Shown: one piece after another, positions 54,435 to 64,000 of the stretch
How the letters are laid out: every line of letters starts with the position of its first letter
Numbering within the stretch: the first letter of the stretch is position 1
DNA from: an uncultured Rivularia sp.
GTDB lineage: Bacteria; Cyanobacteriota; Cyanobacteriia; Cyanobacteriales; Nostocaceae
Length of the DNA: 64,000 nucleotides
NCBI GenBank assembly: GCA_963665115.1
Contig: OY762007.1
Location: 7,712,001-7,776,000, forward strand
Direction: 5' to 3'
The notes under the pieces: model-generated
What the model was told of the DNA's origin: nothing
Database searches by the model: none
The model's input: the letters and a program-made list of their open reading frames with translations, nothing else
Made by a program: the position numbers and the translations under genes

Positions 54435-54718
54435 CTTTTTTATTCAATGTGAAAGTTAATATACATAATTCTGTATTTTTCCCTTCTCGCTACTAGCTAT
54501 CTCTATGAAACCTCTTACCTCTAGGCTCTCTGCGTACTCTGCGGTTATTTTAAAATCGGTAATTACCTCGAAGGGGAGAGGCTTAATAAGAATGGAGCAA
54601 TTCCGGTTGCACCGGAATGATTAAAAAACCGCAGAGAGCGCAAAGAGCGCAGAGGAAGAAGAAGAGAGAGAGAAAATTGAAATCATTCCGATACCTTTCG
54701 GAAACGAGATGAAATCTA

Positions 54719-55970
54719 CTATCTAAAGTTGGCTAATGCTAACTGCTGAACTTTAGGAATAATTTTTTGGATGCGCTGACGATTATATTCTCTATGCTGT
54801 ATGAGAGGAATAAAGAAATTGCTGAGATATCCGGGTTGGCAAGCCTGCTCTGGATCGATCAACATTCCATCTAATTCAATATGCTGAAATAACCCTTGGA
54901 ATTTACCTTGATAAGTTATGCAGCCTACAGGAGTACCCTGGCTTAAACAGGCGATGCAAAGATGCATTCTCCCGGTCAAAACTATGTCTAAATGTTTACA
55001 TACAGACTTAATTTCCGCTGCACTAAAAGGTGTTGGTACTTTCACGCAATTAGATCGAATTCCTTTCGGAAGGGCGTTTAGTATAGCTTCGGATAACCCA
55101 ACATCACTAGACTGCTTGTCAGTGTGACGGAAATCATGAGGAATCAGCACAAAACTACATTTTTGATATTTCGAGTGAATTTCAACTAAAGTATCGACGT
55201 AAATTTTGACTATTTCATGGACTGATTCTTTATCTATATTGGAGAATGACTGTGAATTTGCATTGATGCCAATCAATATCTGCTGGTTTCTCCTGCTGGG
55301 TTTTAATCCATTGTAAAATCTCAAACAACACTCCTGGATTTTCAGCAGGTGGTAAGAGAAATGCCAAATCTGCAACAAGAGCAACAGATCGTTGCAGGTA
55401 ATCAATTAAGCGTTTATGTGAAACAGGATCTCGCGAATATAGTTTGATGTCGGAAGATAAATTACGAAAAGCTTCAATAACTTTGGGTGCTGGTTTTTCG
55501 TTGAAGCTAAAGCCAAGAATGGCTGCTTCCGCTCCTGTTTGCTCGGCTAATGAAACGTATTTCAATCTTCTTAGAGACGATTTCTCATCGTAGAAGCCAT
55601 CCATTACATCTGCTCCCAAACAATAAAATTTATTGTAACGACTAGCTACAGTCATAAGATGAAAATTTTCTTTCCAAGAGTTACTTAATGAATGACAAAC
55701 AATATTGATATCTGTAACTGCTGGATTAAAATTATCCCAGTTACGGGCTAAGCTGTAGGAAATAAAGCCGACTCGTTTTGCTCCTTCACTTTTAAAATGT
55801 TCAATTACAGCAGTCATCATTGCTTCATCGCCGAGGCTACCAAACCTGGCTGGAGGAAGCAAAAGGACTGAATCAGTCTGTTCTTTATTCCATTTAAAAG
55901 CTCGTTTTAAACGTAGCAGATTAGCGTACAAAGCGAGCATAGCTAACAAAATAAACTGTTTCATTTTCAT
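54719..55970 (-). CDS. Polysaccharide pyruvyl transferase family protein; +1 frameshift at about 55285-55289
   Basis: GSLGDEAM, SRDPVS and ADLAFLL in the 5' ORF; TGRMHLCIACLSQGTP in the 3' ORF. Confidence 0.82.
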
Positions 55971-56012
55971 TTTTACTTTTTATTTTGAGATTGTTTGCAA
56001 GAGTTGAAAGAT

Positions 56013-57485
56013 TTATTTGTTGACGATATTTCTCAGCTTTACGGGCATAGCTAGGTGAAGGGTATTAAATATTTGTCGTGCTAGCTTAGGTGCCATCAAT
56101 GTAATCATGACTGTATAAGTTACTATTCCTAAAATAATAGAAATAACTAACAATGCATGAGGTATTAAGTAATTCCCGAATAAATATTTGAATCCTAGTA
56201 TCGCAGTTGCCATTGCGATTGTTCCTGTTAGTGGAGCAATATATTGGCGAAGATATGTACCGATATTAATCGGAATTAATTTGCGGATGATAAATAGTTC
56301 TATTGGTGAAAGCAGATAACCGCGAATCACGTAAGCTGCTGCAACTGCTAGAATTCCCCAGCGCACAACTAAGGCAAAAGCAATTACATTAGCTGTAGCG
56401 TGCAAGCAATTAAGTTTCAGCTTCCACAAAGGCTTTCCCATCGCCATAATGATGCTGCCGTTGAAGTATTGCAGAGAATGAAGAATGCCAATAAAAGCCA
56501 AAACTTGCATGACTGGTACGCTAGGCATCCATTTTTCTCCGAATAAGCTCCTGACTATTTCGGGTGCCAATACTGCCATACCTGTAAATACAGGAAAGCT
56601 AATCAGGCTTGTTAATTGCGTAGTGGTGTAAAATCCACGTTTTAATAGTTCAGGTTCTTTTTGTAGTTTAGAAAAGACAGGCATTGCCACTTGATTGGTG
56701 ACGCTCGTCAATAACTGCGTCATAATCAGCAGCCAACGGTAAGCAACCGTATAATAACCTAAAGCAACAGAACCCAGATAATAACCAATTAATAAATCGT
56801 CAGAGCGACGGTTAAAAAAGTCGAGTATTTGGATACCAACTACATTAATTCCAAAAGAAAACAATTCCTTAAAATGCTTCCTACAAACTTGAAATCCCGG
56901 TTTCCAATCAGTACTCCACCACAGAACTAAAACCCCAACAAAACCATTAGTTAATTGTTGTCCGACGAGACTCCAAACACCAAATCCTGAAAATGCCATG
57001 ACTACACCAACCGTACCACCTATAAAGGTTGCCAAAAGTGTACGAGTAGTTAAAGTCTTGAAAGCTAATTGCCGATATAAAAGTGCGCTTTGTACGCTAT
57101 TAAGTGCAGCAAATACAAAATTAAATGACAAGCAACGGATAATTGGTGTAAGTGAAGGTTGTTTGAACAAATTAGCTATCAATCCAGCCCCAGCAAGACT
57201 AATTCCTAATAGTAATATAGCAATACTGATGTTAGTCCAAAAAGCCGTATCTAAATGTTCGCGCTCTATTTCTTCACGTTGAATTATAGCTTTACTAAAT
57301 CCTTGATCGAGGAAAACCTGCATCAAAGCAAAGAATATGTTGGCTAAAGCTACTAAACCAAAAATTTCGGGTTCTAATAAACGTGCAAGAATAAGAAAAA
57401 CAGCAAAGGAAATGCATTGGCTGCCCCATTTTTCCATTGCAGTCCAAATTACCCCTTTGATTGCCTTTTCTTTGAGATTGTTCAT
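56013..57485 (-). CDS. Wzx-type flippase (operon A)
   Basis: [25 protein letters not shown] and LGYYTVAY. Start set at 57485 because the upstream extension is translated STRR/REP. Confidence 0.9.
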   Translation of the reverse strand: MNNLKEKAIKGVIWTAMEKWGSQCISFAVFLILARLLEPEIFGLVALANIFFALMQVFLDQGFSKAIIQREEIEREHLDTAFWTNISIAILLLGISLAGAGLIANLFKQPSLTPIIRCLSFNFVFAALNSVQSALLYRQLAFKTLTTRTLLATFIGGTVGVVMAFSGFGVWSLVGQQLTNGFVGVLVLWWSTDWKPGFQVCRKHFKELFSFGINVVGIQILDFFNRRSDDLLIGYYLGSVALGYYTVAYRWLLIMTQLLTSVTNQVAMPVFSKLQKEPELLKRGFYTTTQLTSLISFPVFTGMAVLAPEIVRSLFGEKWMPSVPVMQVLAFIGILHSLQYFNGSIIMAMGKPLWKLKLNCLHATANVIAFALVVRWGILAVAAAYVIRGYLLSPIELFIIRKLIPINIGTYLRQYIAPLTGTIAMATAILGFKYLFGNYLIPHALLVISIILGIVTYTVMITLMAPKLARQIFNTLHLAMPVKLRNIVNK

Positions 57486-57489
57486 TAAA

Positions 57490-57625
57490 GTAGGGAATTG
57501 GGAATTGGGAATTGGGAATTGGGAATTGGGAATTGGGAACTGGGAATTGGGAATTGGGAGTTGGGAGTTAGAAGTAGTGCGAGCAAGATGCTCGCAAGTA
57601 TCGAGCGAGCAAGATGCTCGCACTA
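57490..57625. repeat. (GGGAATT)n STRR followed by a GTAG REP doublet
   Basis: About 10 heptamers, then GTAGTGCGAGCAAGATGCTCGC...GCGAGCAAGATGCTCGCACTAC. Confidence 0.85.
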
Positions 57626-57719
57626 CTATTTATCTTTCTCCTTGTCTCCCCCTCTCCCCCCTCTTCCCCCTCTTCCCCCTCTCCAAAGCATAGGTAATCT
57701 GATCGCGCTACAAGAATAC

Positions 57720-58646
57720 TTAGACTTGGTGAATTTGTTTATACTCTTGATATTTCCTTCCCGTCACACCTACAAGCATTCCCACACTATGGTAGATATA
57801 TCGCAAAGTTTTAAATAATTCATGTTTTCCCCAAATCAAAGATAGAGGAATAAATAGAGTTCCTTTGATAATTCTTCTAATTCCTTTAAAAATACATATA
57901 GCTCGAACTAAAAGTGAAGAATCTAAATCTACTTCGCAGAAACTTTCAGTAATTCCTAATCGGTAATTCCGCTTCAGCAGCCATACTAAATTAGCACGAG
58001 TGGCTGGTATCCATTCCGAAACTAAAGCATCGTTTGCCCATACCATTTTATAGCCTGCAAAAAATACGCGCCGGAAAAAATGCCAATCCGAACCACCAGA
58101 TAATGCTAAACGCTCATCAAAACATGGCTTCATTTTTTGCAATATTTCTGTACGAATCAGCACGTTATTAGTAGCCGCTCCTTCGAGAAGTTTACCTGTA
58201 GAATAACGGGGACGTTCAAAAAATTTCCCTTTGAAAATCCAATCAGGAACGGATTGATTAAACAAAGGTAATACTGGCCCTGCAACTACATCTGCACTGT
58301 ATAAACTTTGAACGTGCAAAAGTTGATCTAACCACGATTTTTGGGGAACTTCATCATCATCAATAAAAGCAACAAAATCAAAACTTTCTCCAGCAGAGCT
58401 AATAGCTTTATTCCTAGCAAAAGGAATTCCCCGCCGCGACTCAACGCAGTATTCTAATTTCCATTGAAGTTGCAAACCAATTTGTTCGCAAACTTTACCA
58501 GCAGAACCATATTCATCGTTATCAACAACAAAAATTTCTAAATAAGGTGTTTCACAAAGCTTAAATTCGAGTTTATTTAGACCATTAAGTAGACGTTTCA
58601 AGCCTTCAGCACGTTGACAAGTGATTATGCATACAGCAACTCGCAT
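57720..58646 (-). CDS. GT2 glycosyltransferase (ExoM-like)
   Basis: VVDND, GIPFARN, FIDDDE, ATNNVL and GGSD motifs. Confidence 0.88.
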   Translation of the reverse strand: MRVAVCIITCQRAEGLKRLLNGLNKLEFKLCETPYLEIFVVDNDEYGSAGKVCEQIGLQLQWKLEYCVESRRGIPFARNKAISSAGESFDFVAFIDDDEVPQKSWLDQLLHVQSLYSADVVAGPVLPLFNQSVPDWIFKGKFFERPRYSTGKLLEGAATNNVLIRTEILQKMKPCFDERLALSGGSDWHFFRRVFFAGYKMVWANDALVSEWIPATRANLVWLLKRNYRLGITESFCEVDLDSSLLVRAICIFKGIRRIIKGTLFIPLSLIWGKHELFKTLRYIYHSVGMLVGVTGRKYQEYKQIHQV

Positions 58647-58761
58647 TTTTTCTCCTTAATTACAATTGTTATCTCAATAAAGGTTCGTAGTCAGGACTTT
58701 AGTCCTTTATTTGAAGATGATTTGAGGACTAAAGTCGGCACGCAGAACGAATAGAAATAAC

Positions 58762-59700
58762 TTAACCGAGCGATCGCCCTATTGCGAATTTGGCAACAGG
58801 AGACAAACGCACCGATACTAAAGTTAGTAAAGAACGCATATCGCGATAAAAAATAGACTTGTCACAAACCAAAGCTTGGTCGATAAAATCACGTGCTGTT
58901 CGCATATCGCCACCCTGAAGACACAACCTCGATAGATAGCGATACATATAGGCGTAAACAGTCGGTAACATTGGCTTAATCAACTCTGGCGAACGCTGAT
59001 AAGCAGTTTCAATCACAATTGCCCCAGAATTCCGCATTTGTACCAGATTAAAAGATAATCCGGATGGACGCACGCGATAGTAGCATAAAACCCGCTTTTC
59101 TCGGAAAAAACGCCATTTTTGCATTGCAGCTATTCGCAACCATAAATCCACATCTTCCCAACTACATAAATCTTCATCAAATGCTCCCACTTCATCTATC
59201 AAGCAACGGCGAAACACTGCATTAGAACCATGTCCAACAAAGTTTTTGCAAAGTAAGGCTAATAGAGGATTTGAATGTACTGGCTTACCGCTCAAACTAA
59301 TAAATGTCGGTTTTCCATCATCGCGAATCGTCCGCGAAGCGCTATAAACTACCCCAACATCCGGTCTGCTATACAGTCGAGCTACATGGGTTGCTATTTT
59401 ATCTCGATGGTAAATATCATCACCATCAAGTAAAGCAATATATTCACCTCGTGCATGACGAATACCGTAGTTGCGTGCTGACGATAAACCTCCGTTTTGT
59501 TTCTTTAATAGCCGAAAACGAGTATCGCGCTGACAGAATTTTTGCACAACAGCCGCAGTATCATCAGTTGAACCATCATCAATTACTAGTGCTTCAAAAT
59601 CCGCAAATGTTTGCTGTTCCAAGGAACTCAAAGCGTCTTGGATATAACCGCTGACGTTATAAGCTGGAACGATAACACTAACTTTTGGTTTCTCAAACAT
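58762..59700 (-). CDS. GT2 glycosyltransferase (operon A)
   Basis: VSVIVPAYN, IDDGSTD and LDGDD motifs. Confidence 0.92.
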   Translation of the reverse strand: MFEKPKVSVIVPAYNVSGYIQDALSSLEQQTFADFEALVIDDGSTDDTAAVVQKFCQRDTRFRLLKKQNGGLSSARNYGIRHARGEYIALLDGDDIYHRDKIATHVARLYSRPDVGVVYSASRTIRDDGKPTFISLSGKPVHSNPLLALLCKNFVGHGSNAVFRRCLIDEVGAFDEDLCSWEDVDLWLRIAAMQKWRFFREKRVLCYYRVRPSGLSFNLVQMRNSGAIVIETAYQRSPELIKPMLPTVYAYMYRYLSRLCLQGGDMRTARDFIDQALVCDKSIFYRDMRSLLTLVSVRLSPVAKFAIGRSLG

Positions 59701-60667
59701 TAAAAATTGCTCCTTCTGACTTCATATCTACGGCAATTACTCTGGATTTTCGTTTCAAAATATTTCGTAACTTGCCTCTAATACTTCGAGGAAATATCCA
59801 CATTCCCAAATACAAGCAAATATCCATTAGTTGGGGTTTCCCAAATCGAAAAGCTTCGCGCAACAGAAGTAAAAATGCTTGGCGATCGCCATCCTTCGCA
59901 GCCCGCGCACTGACTTCTGCCAGGATAAAAGATGAATAAGCACGAGGGGTGATTAAATTACGTCTGCTCTGAATCCAGTTGAGTGAAGATTGCCAAGAAA
60001 AGCTTTTACTCAAACTTTGGCGAGTTCCTTCTAAGTTCCAGATTGAGAGTATTTGAGGTGCAAATTCCAATCCTGCATCTTTAATGGAAATTGCCCGTAA
60101 AATCCAATCCCAATCCTGATGCTTTTTGAGAGGATTATCGAAAGATACTTTTTGCAATAACTCCTTTTTGGTAAATATGGTTGAGGTTTGAATTAATCCT
60201 TCTCCCATAAATAGGCTATTGCGGACAAATAAATATTCGCATAGAGGCTCTGTTTTGTTAGGAAGCCGACGCGGCCAAATAGATTCTCCTTGTGGTGTTT
60301 TAGCAATTAAATAACTGCTGACAATCGGAAATTTATAATTAGAAGCCTTTGCTGCCTGAAGCTGTAATTCCAACTTTCGCGGCATCCATTCATCATCGTC
60401 ATCCAAAAAAGCAATCCATTCTGCAATAGCAGATTTAACTCCAAAATCGCGAGCAAAACAAGCTCCTTGGTTTGTAGATAATTCAATTACTTGCAGTCGC
60501 AAATCATCTATTTCACAAAGCGTTGAACTTGTGGCTTTGTCTATTCCATCGATGACGACTATAACTTCTATTTCCTGCAAACTTTGCGCCAATGCACTCA
60601 TGACAGCACGCTTTACCAATTGCGCTCTATGAAAAGTGGGGATAACTACACTAACTAAGGGTTTCAA
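59693..60667 (-). CDS. GT2 glycosyltransferase (operon A)
   Basis: VSVVIPT, FLDDDDEW and HQDWDW motifs; TTG start after a GGAGGA RBS. Confidence 0.9.
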   Translation of the reverse strand: MKPLVSVVIPTFHRAQLVKRAVMSALAQSLQEIEVIVVIDGIDKATSSTLCEIDDLRLQVIELSTNQGACFARDFGVKSAIAEWIAFLDDDDEWMPRKLELQLQAAKASNYKFPIVSSYLIAKTPQGESIWPRRLPNKTEPLCEYLFVRNSLFMGEGLIQTSTIFTKKELLQKVSFDNPLKKHQDWDWILRAISIKDAGLEFAPQILSIWNLEGTRQSLSKSFSWQSSLNWIQSRRNLITPRAYSSFILAEVSARAAKDGDRQAFLLLLREAFRFGKPQLMDICLYLGMWIFPRSIRGKLRNILKRKSRVIAVDMKSEGAIFNV

Positions 60668-60897
60668 AAAATGTCCTCCTTATTTTGAAATTCAGGGGAT
60701 GGGGAATAGGGAATGGGGAATAACCTAAATTAGGTTTATCTCTTAACTAGCACATTCTAAAACCCTTGCCTCATAAGGATTTGATGATTTAATAAAAATG
60801 TGTCAGTCCATTTGTTATGAGGAAATTAAATACCTCTAACCTCTAACCTTTGACCTTTAACCTATCCAGTATTTTCAAACCAGACTACTAATTCAAA

Positions 60898-61794
60898 TTA
60901 ATGCTTTCTACCTTTGGGGTAAGTTTCCACTCTTAACAGCGACTGATTAAAAATTGCCAACGCAATTTGTAGCGCAAAAGCCGAATTTCCTAACAGATAC
61001 CGAGCAGCTAGACGTTTAGGTTCGCGCACAAGACGATAGAGCCACTCAAAACCAGAATTAGAGATGAAATGCGGACAATCAGGAACTATTCCAGCCATGC
61101 GATCGATAATCGCCCCACCAACCATGATAGTGTTCGCCTGTAACTCATGACCATGCTTCTGTACCCAATATTCTTGAATTGGCATACCCATACCTACGAT
61201 CAAAATATTGGGTTTAAACTGATTGATTTGCTGTACGGCAGCTTGATTTGCTTGTGGATCTTCTTTATCAAAATATCCGTGATGTCCCCCAAAACGAACC
61301 TTTGGGTACTTCAGTTTTAAATTATCAATCGCAGCTTGTAAATTTTCGGACTTTCCACCCAACAAAAATACTGAAAATTCATTGCGATCGCAACTTTCCA
61401 ATATTTTAGGCATTAACAAGGTATAGGAAACTCGATAATCCAAGGGTAAATCTAACCCCATAAAACCGATTGCCTTTAATATTCCCATCCCATCACAGTT
61501 AGTAATATCTGCACTTTGCAAAAACTGATGATACCAAGGGAATTGTAGTGATAAATTAAAGCCGTGAATATTGTAATGTGCTACGGTTATTTGTTTGCCT
61601 TCGATACAAGCCTTCCGAACGGCTTCTACAATTGAAGGGATATTCATGCAATCAATTCGCCGCCCTAACAAATACACGCTTAAAGCTGTTACTTTTTGTT
61701 TTGTAATATCTATCGTTTCACCGCTTGTATTTTCGGATCGAACCTTATCATCATCAATTTGAGACTCTACTAGCCGAGAATGAAAATTTTTCAT
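60898..61794 (-). CDS. WecB/TagA/CpsF family glycosyltransferase (operon A)
   Basis: NCDGMGI, HHGYF, IVGMGMPIQE and EWLYRLVREPKRL motifs. Confidence 0.92.
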   Translation of the reverse strand: MKNFHSRLVESQIDDDKVRSENTSGETIDITKQKVTALSVYLLGRRIDCMNIPSIVEAVRKACIEGKQITVAHYNIHGFNLSLQFPWYHQFLQSADITNCDGMGILKAIGFMGLDLPLDYRVSYTLLMPKILESCDRNEFSVFLLGGKSENLQAAIDNLKLKYPKVRFGGHHGYFDKEDPQANQAAVQQINQFKPNILIVGMGMPIQEYWVQKHGHELQANTIMVGGAIIDRMAGIVPDCPHFISNSGFEWLYRLVREPKRLAARYLLGNSAFALQIALAIFNQSLLRVETYPKGRKH

Positions 61795-62237
61795 TTGTAG
61801 TTACCTATAAATAGGTTTAAGCAGCCGATACAAAACAATTTCATCAACAAAAATGCATGAGAAATTTATCGTGTACCTTTAGTAAATGCAAACGAAACTC
61901 AGCAATCGATCGCTAATTAAAATCTTGCTTTGGCACGAAATAACGCATTTTCAAACGCTAAATATACCAAACAATATAGTGATCTTGATTACTTAACTAA
62001 TATTGGGAAACACAAACGGAATCAATATTTCTGTTCTCAGAATTAACCCCTGGCATGGAGGTTAAAATAGTTTTAGATGATATAGTTCGATACTCAAAAA
62101 AAACACCATGCGCTTACGTCTAAGTGCGATGGGAAGTGAAATGCAAAATCTTTATTACAAGACGCTATTTTCTGGCACAAAAATAGACTTACTCTGGTAG
62201 AAACATCAACCTATAACAATTTGTCTCTATAGATACT

Positions 62238-62265
62238 AATATAATCAAAAATCAGCAACTGTCAA
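62238..62265 (-). promoter_or_regulatory. Putative sigma70-type promoter of EPS operon A
   Basis: Minus strand TTGACA-N16-TATATT, positionally equivalent to 49403-49431. Confidence 0.4.
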
Positions 62266-62926
62266 GTTATTTATCGCACATTTTTTTTGTAGCTGTAATT
62301 AAAAGCGTGTTTTGAAGGATTATCTAATACTTAATACCTAGTCAAATAAACTGTTTTTGAGCAAGCAAGCGTATAAAATACAACTGTATTGCCTGTTAAC
62401 GAACAAGTTCTTTAAGTATTCTTTGTAACTTTGAAATAGTACTATTACATAAGTAAGGAAATAAACTATATCAGAATAGAACAATCATGCATACTTACTG
62501 CTATTAAGAATTTCTACTTCAAAATTTGAATGCGCTCCGAGAAGAAAAAATATGAAAGAAAAATCCTGAAATACTTGTTGTCAATACTATTGGCGTGAAG
62601 CCGCAAAAAACTTGATAATTTCAATTTACAGTTATGTGCTGAGTAGCTTATTTTACCTTAAATAAAACGCGAATACTTGAGTGCGTAGTTATATTTTTAT
62701 CATCAATAAAAATTATCATAAAAAAAGGCGGTTGTGCGGATCTAATTTGTAGAGATTCTAGCTTGCTGGTTGTAACGAGGGAGCGAGACGCTCCCACCAC
62801 GAATGTTTTACCCTGCACTTATGTGATGGAGTTCTAATAAATAGAGAATTTTATATTTACAACCCCTTAAATCGCAGTTTCACTCAAAATAGATAGTATT
62901 CACATCTCACACAAAATCATCAAAAA

Positions 62927-63670
62927 ATGTTATTACATCTAAGTACATGGCAAGAAGTTGAAATTTATCTACAGCAATCTCAGGGTATTATTTTTCCTAT
63001 AGGCTCTACCGAACAACATGGCCCAACCGGATTAATTGGTACCGATGCAATATGTGCAGAATCCTTAGCTCATGGTGTCGGCGAATCAACCCAAGCAATA
63101 GTAGCACCAACAATAAATATAGGAATGGCACTGCATCACACCGCCTTTCCCGGCACTATTAGCTTACGCCCCAGTACGATGATTCAAGTTGTCAAAGAAT
63201 ATATAACTTGTTTAGCGAAAGCTGGTTTCACCAAGTTTTATTTTATCAACGGACACGGCGGTAACATGGCAACTCTCAAAGCCGCTTTTTCCGAAACATA
63301 TTTTGATTTAGCAGATTTGCAGATTCCCAACGCTGACAAAGTGAAGTGCAAAGTCGGTAACTGGTTTATGTGCAGTACCGTATACAAATTAGCTAAAGAA
63401 TTATACGGTGACGAAGAAGGTTCTCACGCCACCCCTTCTGAAGTTGCCTTAACGCAGTACGTTTATCCAGAATCGATAAAACAAGCCGAGCTATCACAAG
63501 AAGTAGCAAAAGGACACAGAATTTATAGTGCCGCCGACTTTCGTAAAAATTATCCCGACGGCAGAATGGGTTCAAATCCCGCACTAGCAACACCAGAACA
63601 CGGTAAGCAATTTTACGATGCAGCAGTCAAAGAGTTAAGTAATGATTATCTCAAGTTTTTGAGTGAATGA
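62927..63670 (+). CDS. Creatininase / creatinine amidohydrolase family protein
   Basis: PIGSTEQHG...GTD, HHTAFPGT, INGHGGN and SHA..SE motifs. Confidence 0.92.
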   Translation: MLLHLSTWQEVEIYLQQSQGIIFPIGSTEQHGPTGLIGTDAICAESLAHGVGESTQAIVAPTINIGMALHHTAFPGTISLRPSTMIQVVKEYITCLAKAGFTKFYFINGHGGNMATLKAAFSETYFDLADLQIPNADKVKCKVGNWFMCSTVYKLAKELYGDEEGSHATPSEVALTQYVYPESIKQAELSQEVAKGHRIYSAADFRKNYPDGRMGSNPALATPEHGKQFYDAAVKELSNDYLKFLSE

Positions 63671-63677
63671 GCGGAAG

Positions 63678-63803
63678 TGGTAATTGGTAATTGGTAATTG
63701 GTAATTGGTAATTGGTAATTGGTAATTGGTAATTGGGGATTGGGGATTGGGGATTGGGCATGGGGCATGGGTAATGGGGCATGGGGCATTGGGGATTGGG
63801 CAT
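63678..63803. repeat. STRR tracts (TGGTAAT)n, (TGGGGAT)n, (TGGGGCA)n
   Basis: Directly visible tandem heptamers between convergent genes. Confidence 0.9.
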
Positions 63804-63920
63804 TTTTACGTTTAGGAAACAATTAGGGAGCAAGATGCTCCCACTACAAATGATTTTTCTCCTTGTCCCCTTGTCTCCCCATCACCCCATCCCCCCGTCT
63901 CCCCGTCTCCCCATCCTCAT

Positions 63921-64000
63921 CTACCGTTGTGCAATATCCCCCTCACGGGCTGCACGCTGTACTGCACCTGCTACTACGCTTGATACTCGTTCGTCGAAGA
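63921..64000 (-). CDS. 3' end of a probable malic enzyme gene (partial)
   Basis: The minus strand reads FDERVSSVVAGAVQRAAREGDIAQR*, resembling the PSVFDxRV..AVA.AV..AA C-terminus of malic enzymes. Confidence 0.6.
   Translation of the reverse strand, partial: FDERVSSVVAGAVQRAAREGDIAQR

Larger units (their letters stand above)
141..61391. repeat. HIP1 octamer GCGATCGC, about 20 dispersed copies
   Basis: Examples at about 141, 2524, 4634, 5682, 9722, 18663, 23868, 27746, 37664, 42912, 51740 and 59882; far more than expected for this AT content. Confidence 0.9.

Overview
AT-rich cyanobacterial DNA with about 20 HIP1 GCGATCGC octamers and abundant heptamer STRR tracts, most consistent with a filamentous heterocyst-forming (Nostocales-like) genome; the taxon is inferred. 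From left to right it holds: (1) a TPR/CHAT, filamentous-haemagglutinin, DUF928, CHASE2-GGDEF-EAL signalling module; (2) a probable desiccation/osmotic-stress region with three PRC-barrel/DUF2382 (AvaK-like) genes, malQ, a treS-maltokinase fusion, glgX, treZ, treY, a GH31 glucosidase, chaB and a Na+/H+ antiporter; (3) two tandem paralogous Wzx/Wzy exopolysaccharide operons; (4) a creatininase-family gene and the 3' end of a malic enzyme gene. The most unusual signals are non-coding. The first is a six-unit tandem array (4670-5340) of TA-flanked inverted-repeat shells, each carrying a GTAG-type REP hairpin from one of four families. The second is four co-oriented 100-bp REP-like hairpins that separate small accessory genes like cassettes (31095-33748). 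Several other nested miniature elements occur. The maltokinase domain of the TreS fusion has lost its catalytic motif. Eight genes are each broken by one extra base in a short homopolymer, most likely assembly error. No rRNA, tRNA, CRISPR-cas, transposase or integrase gene was recognised.
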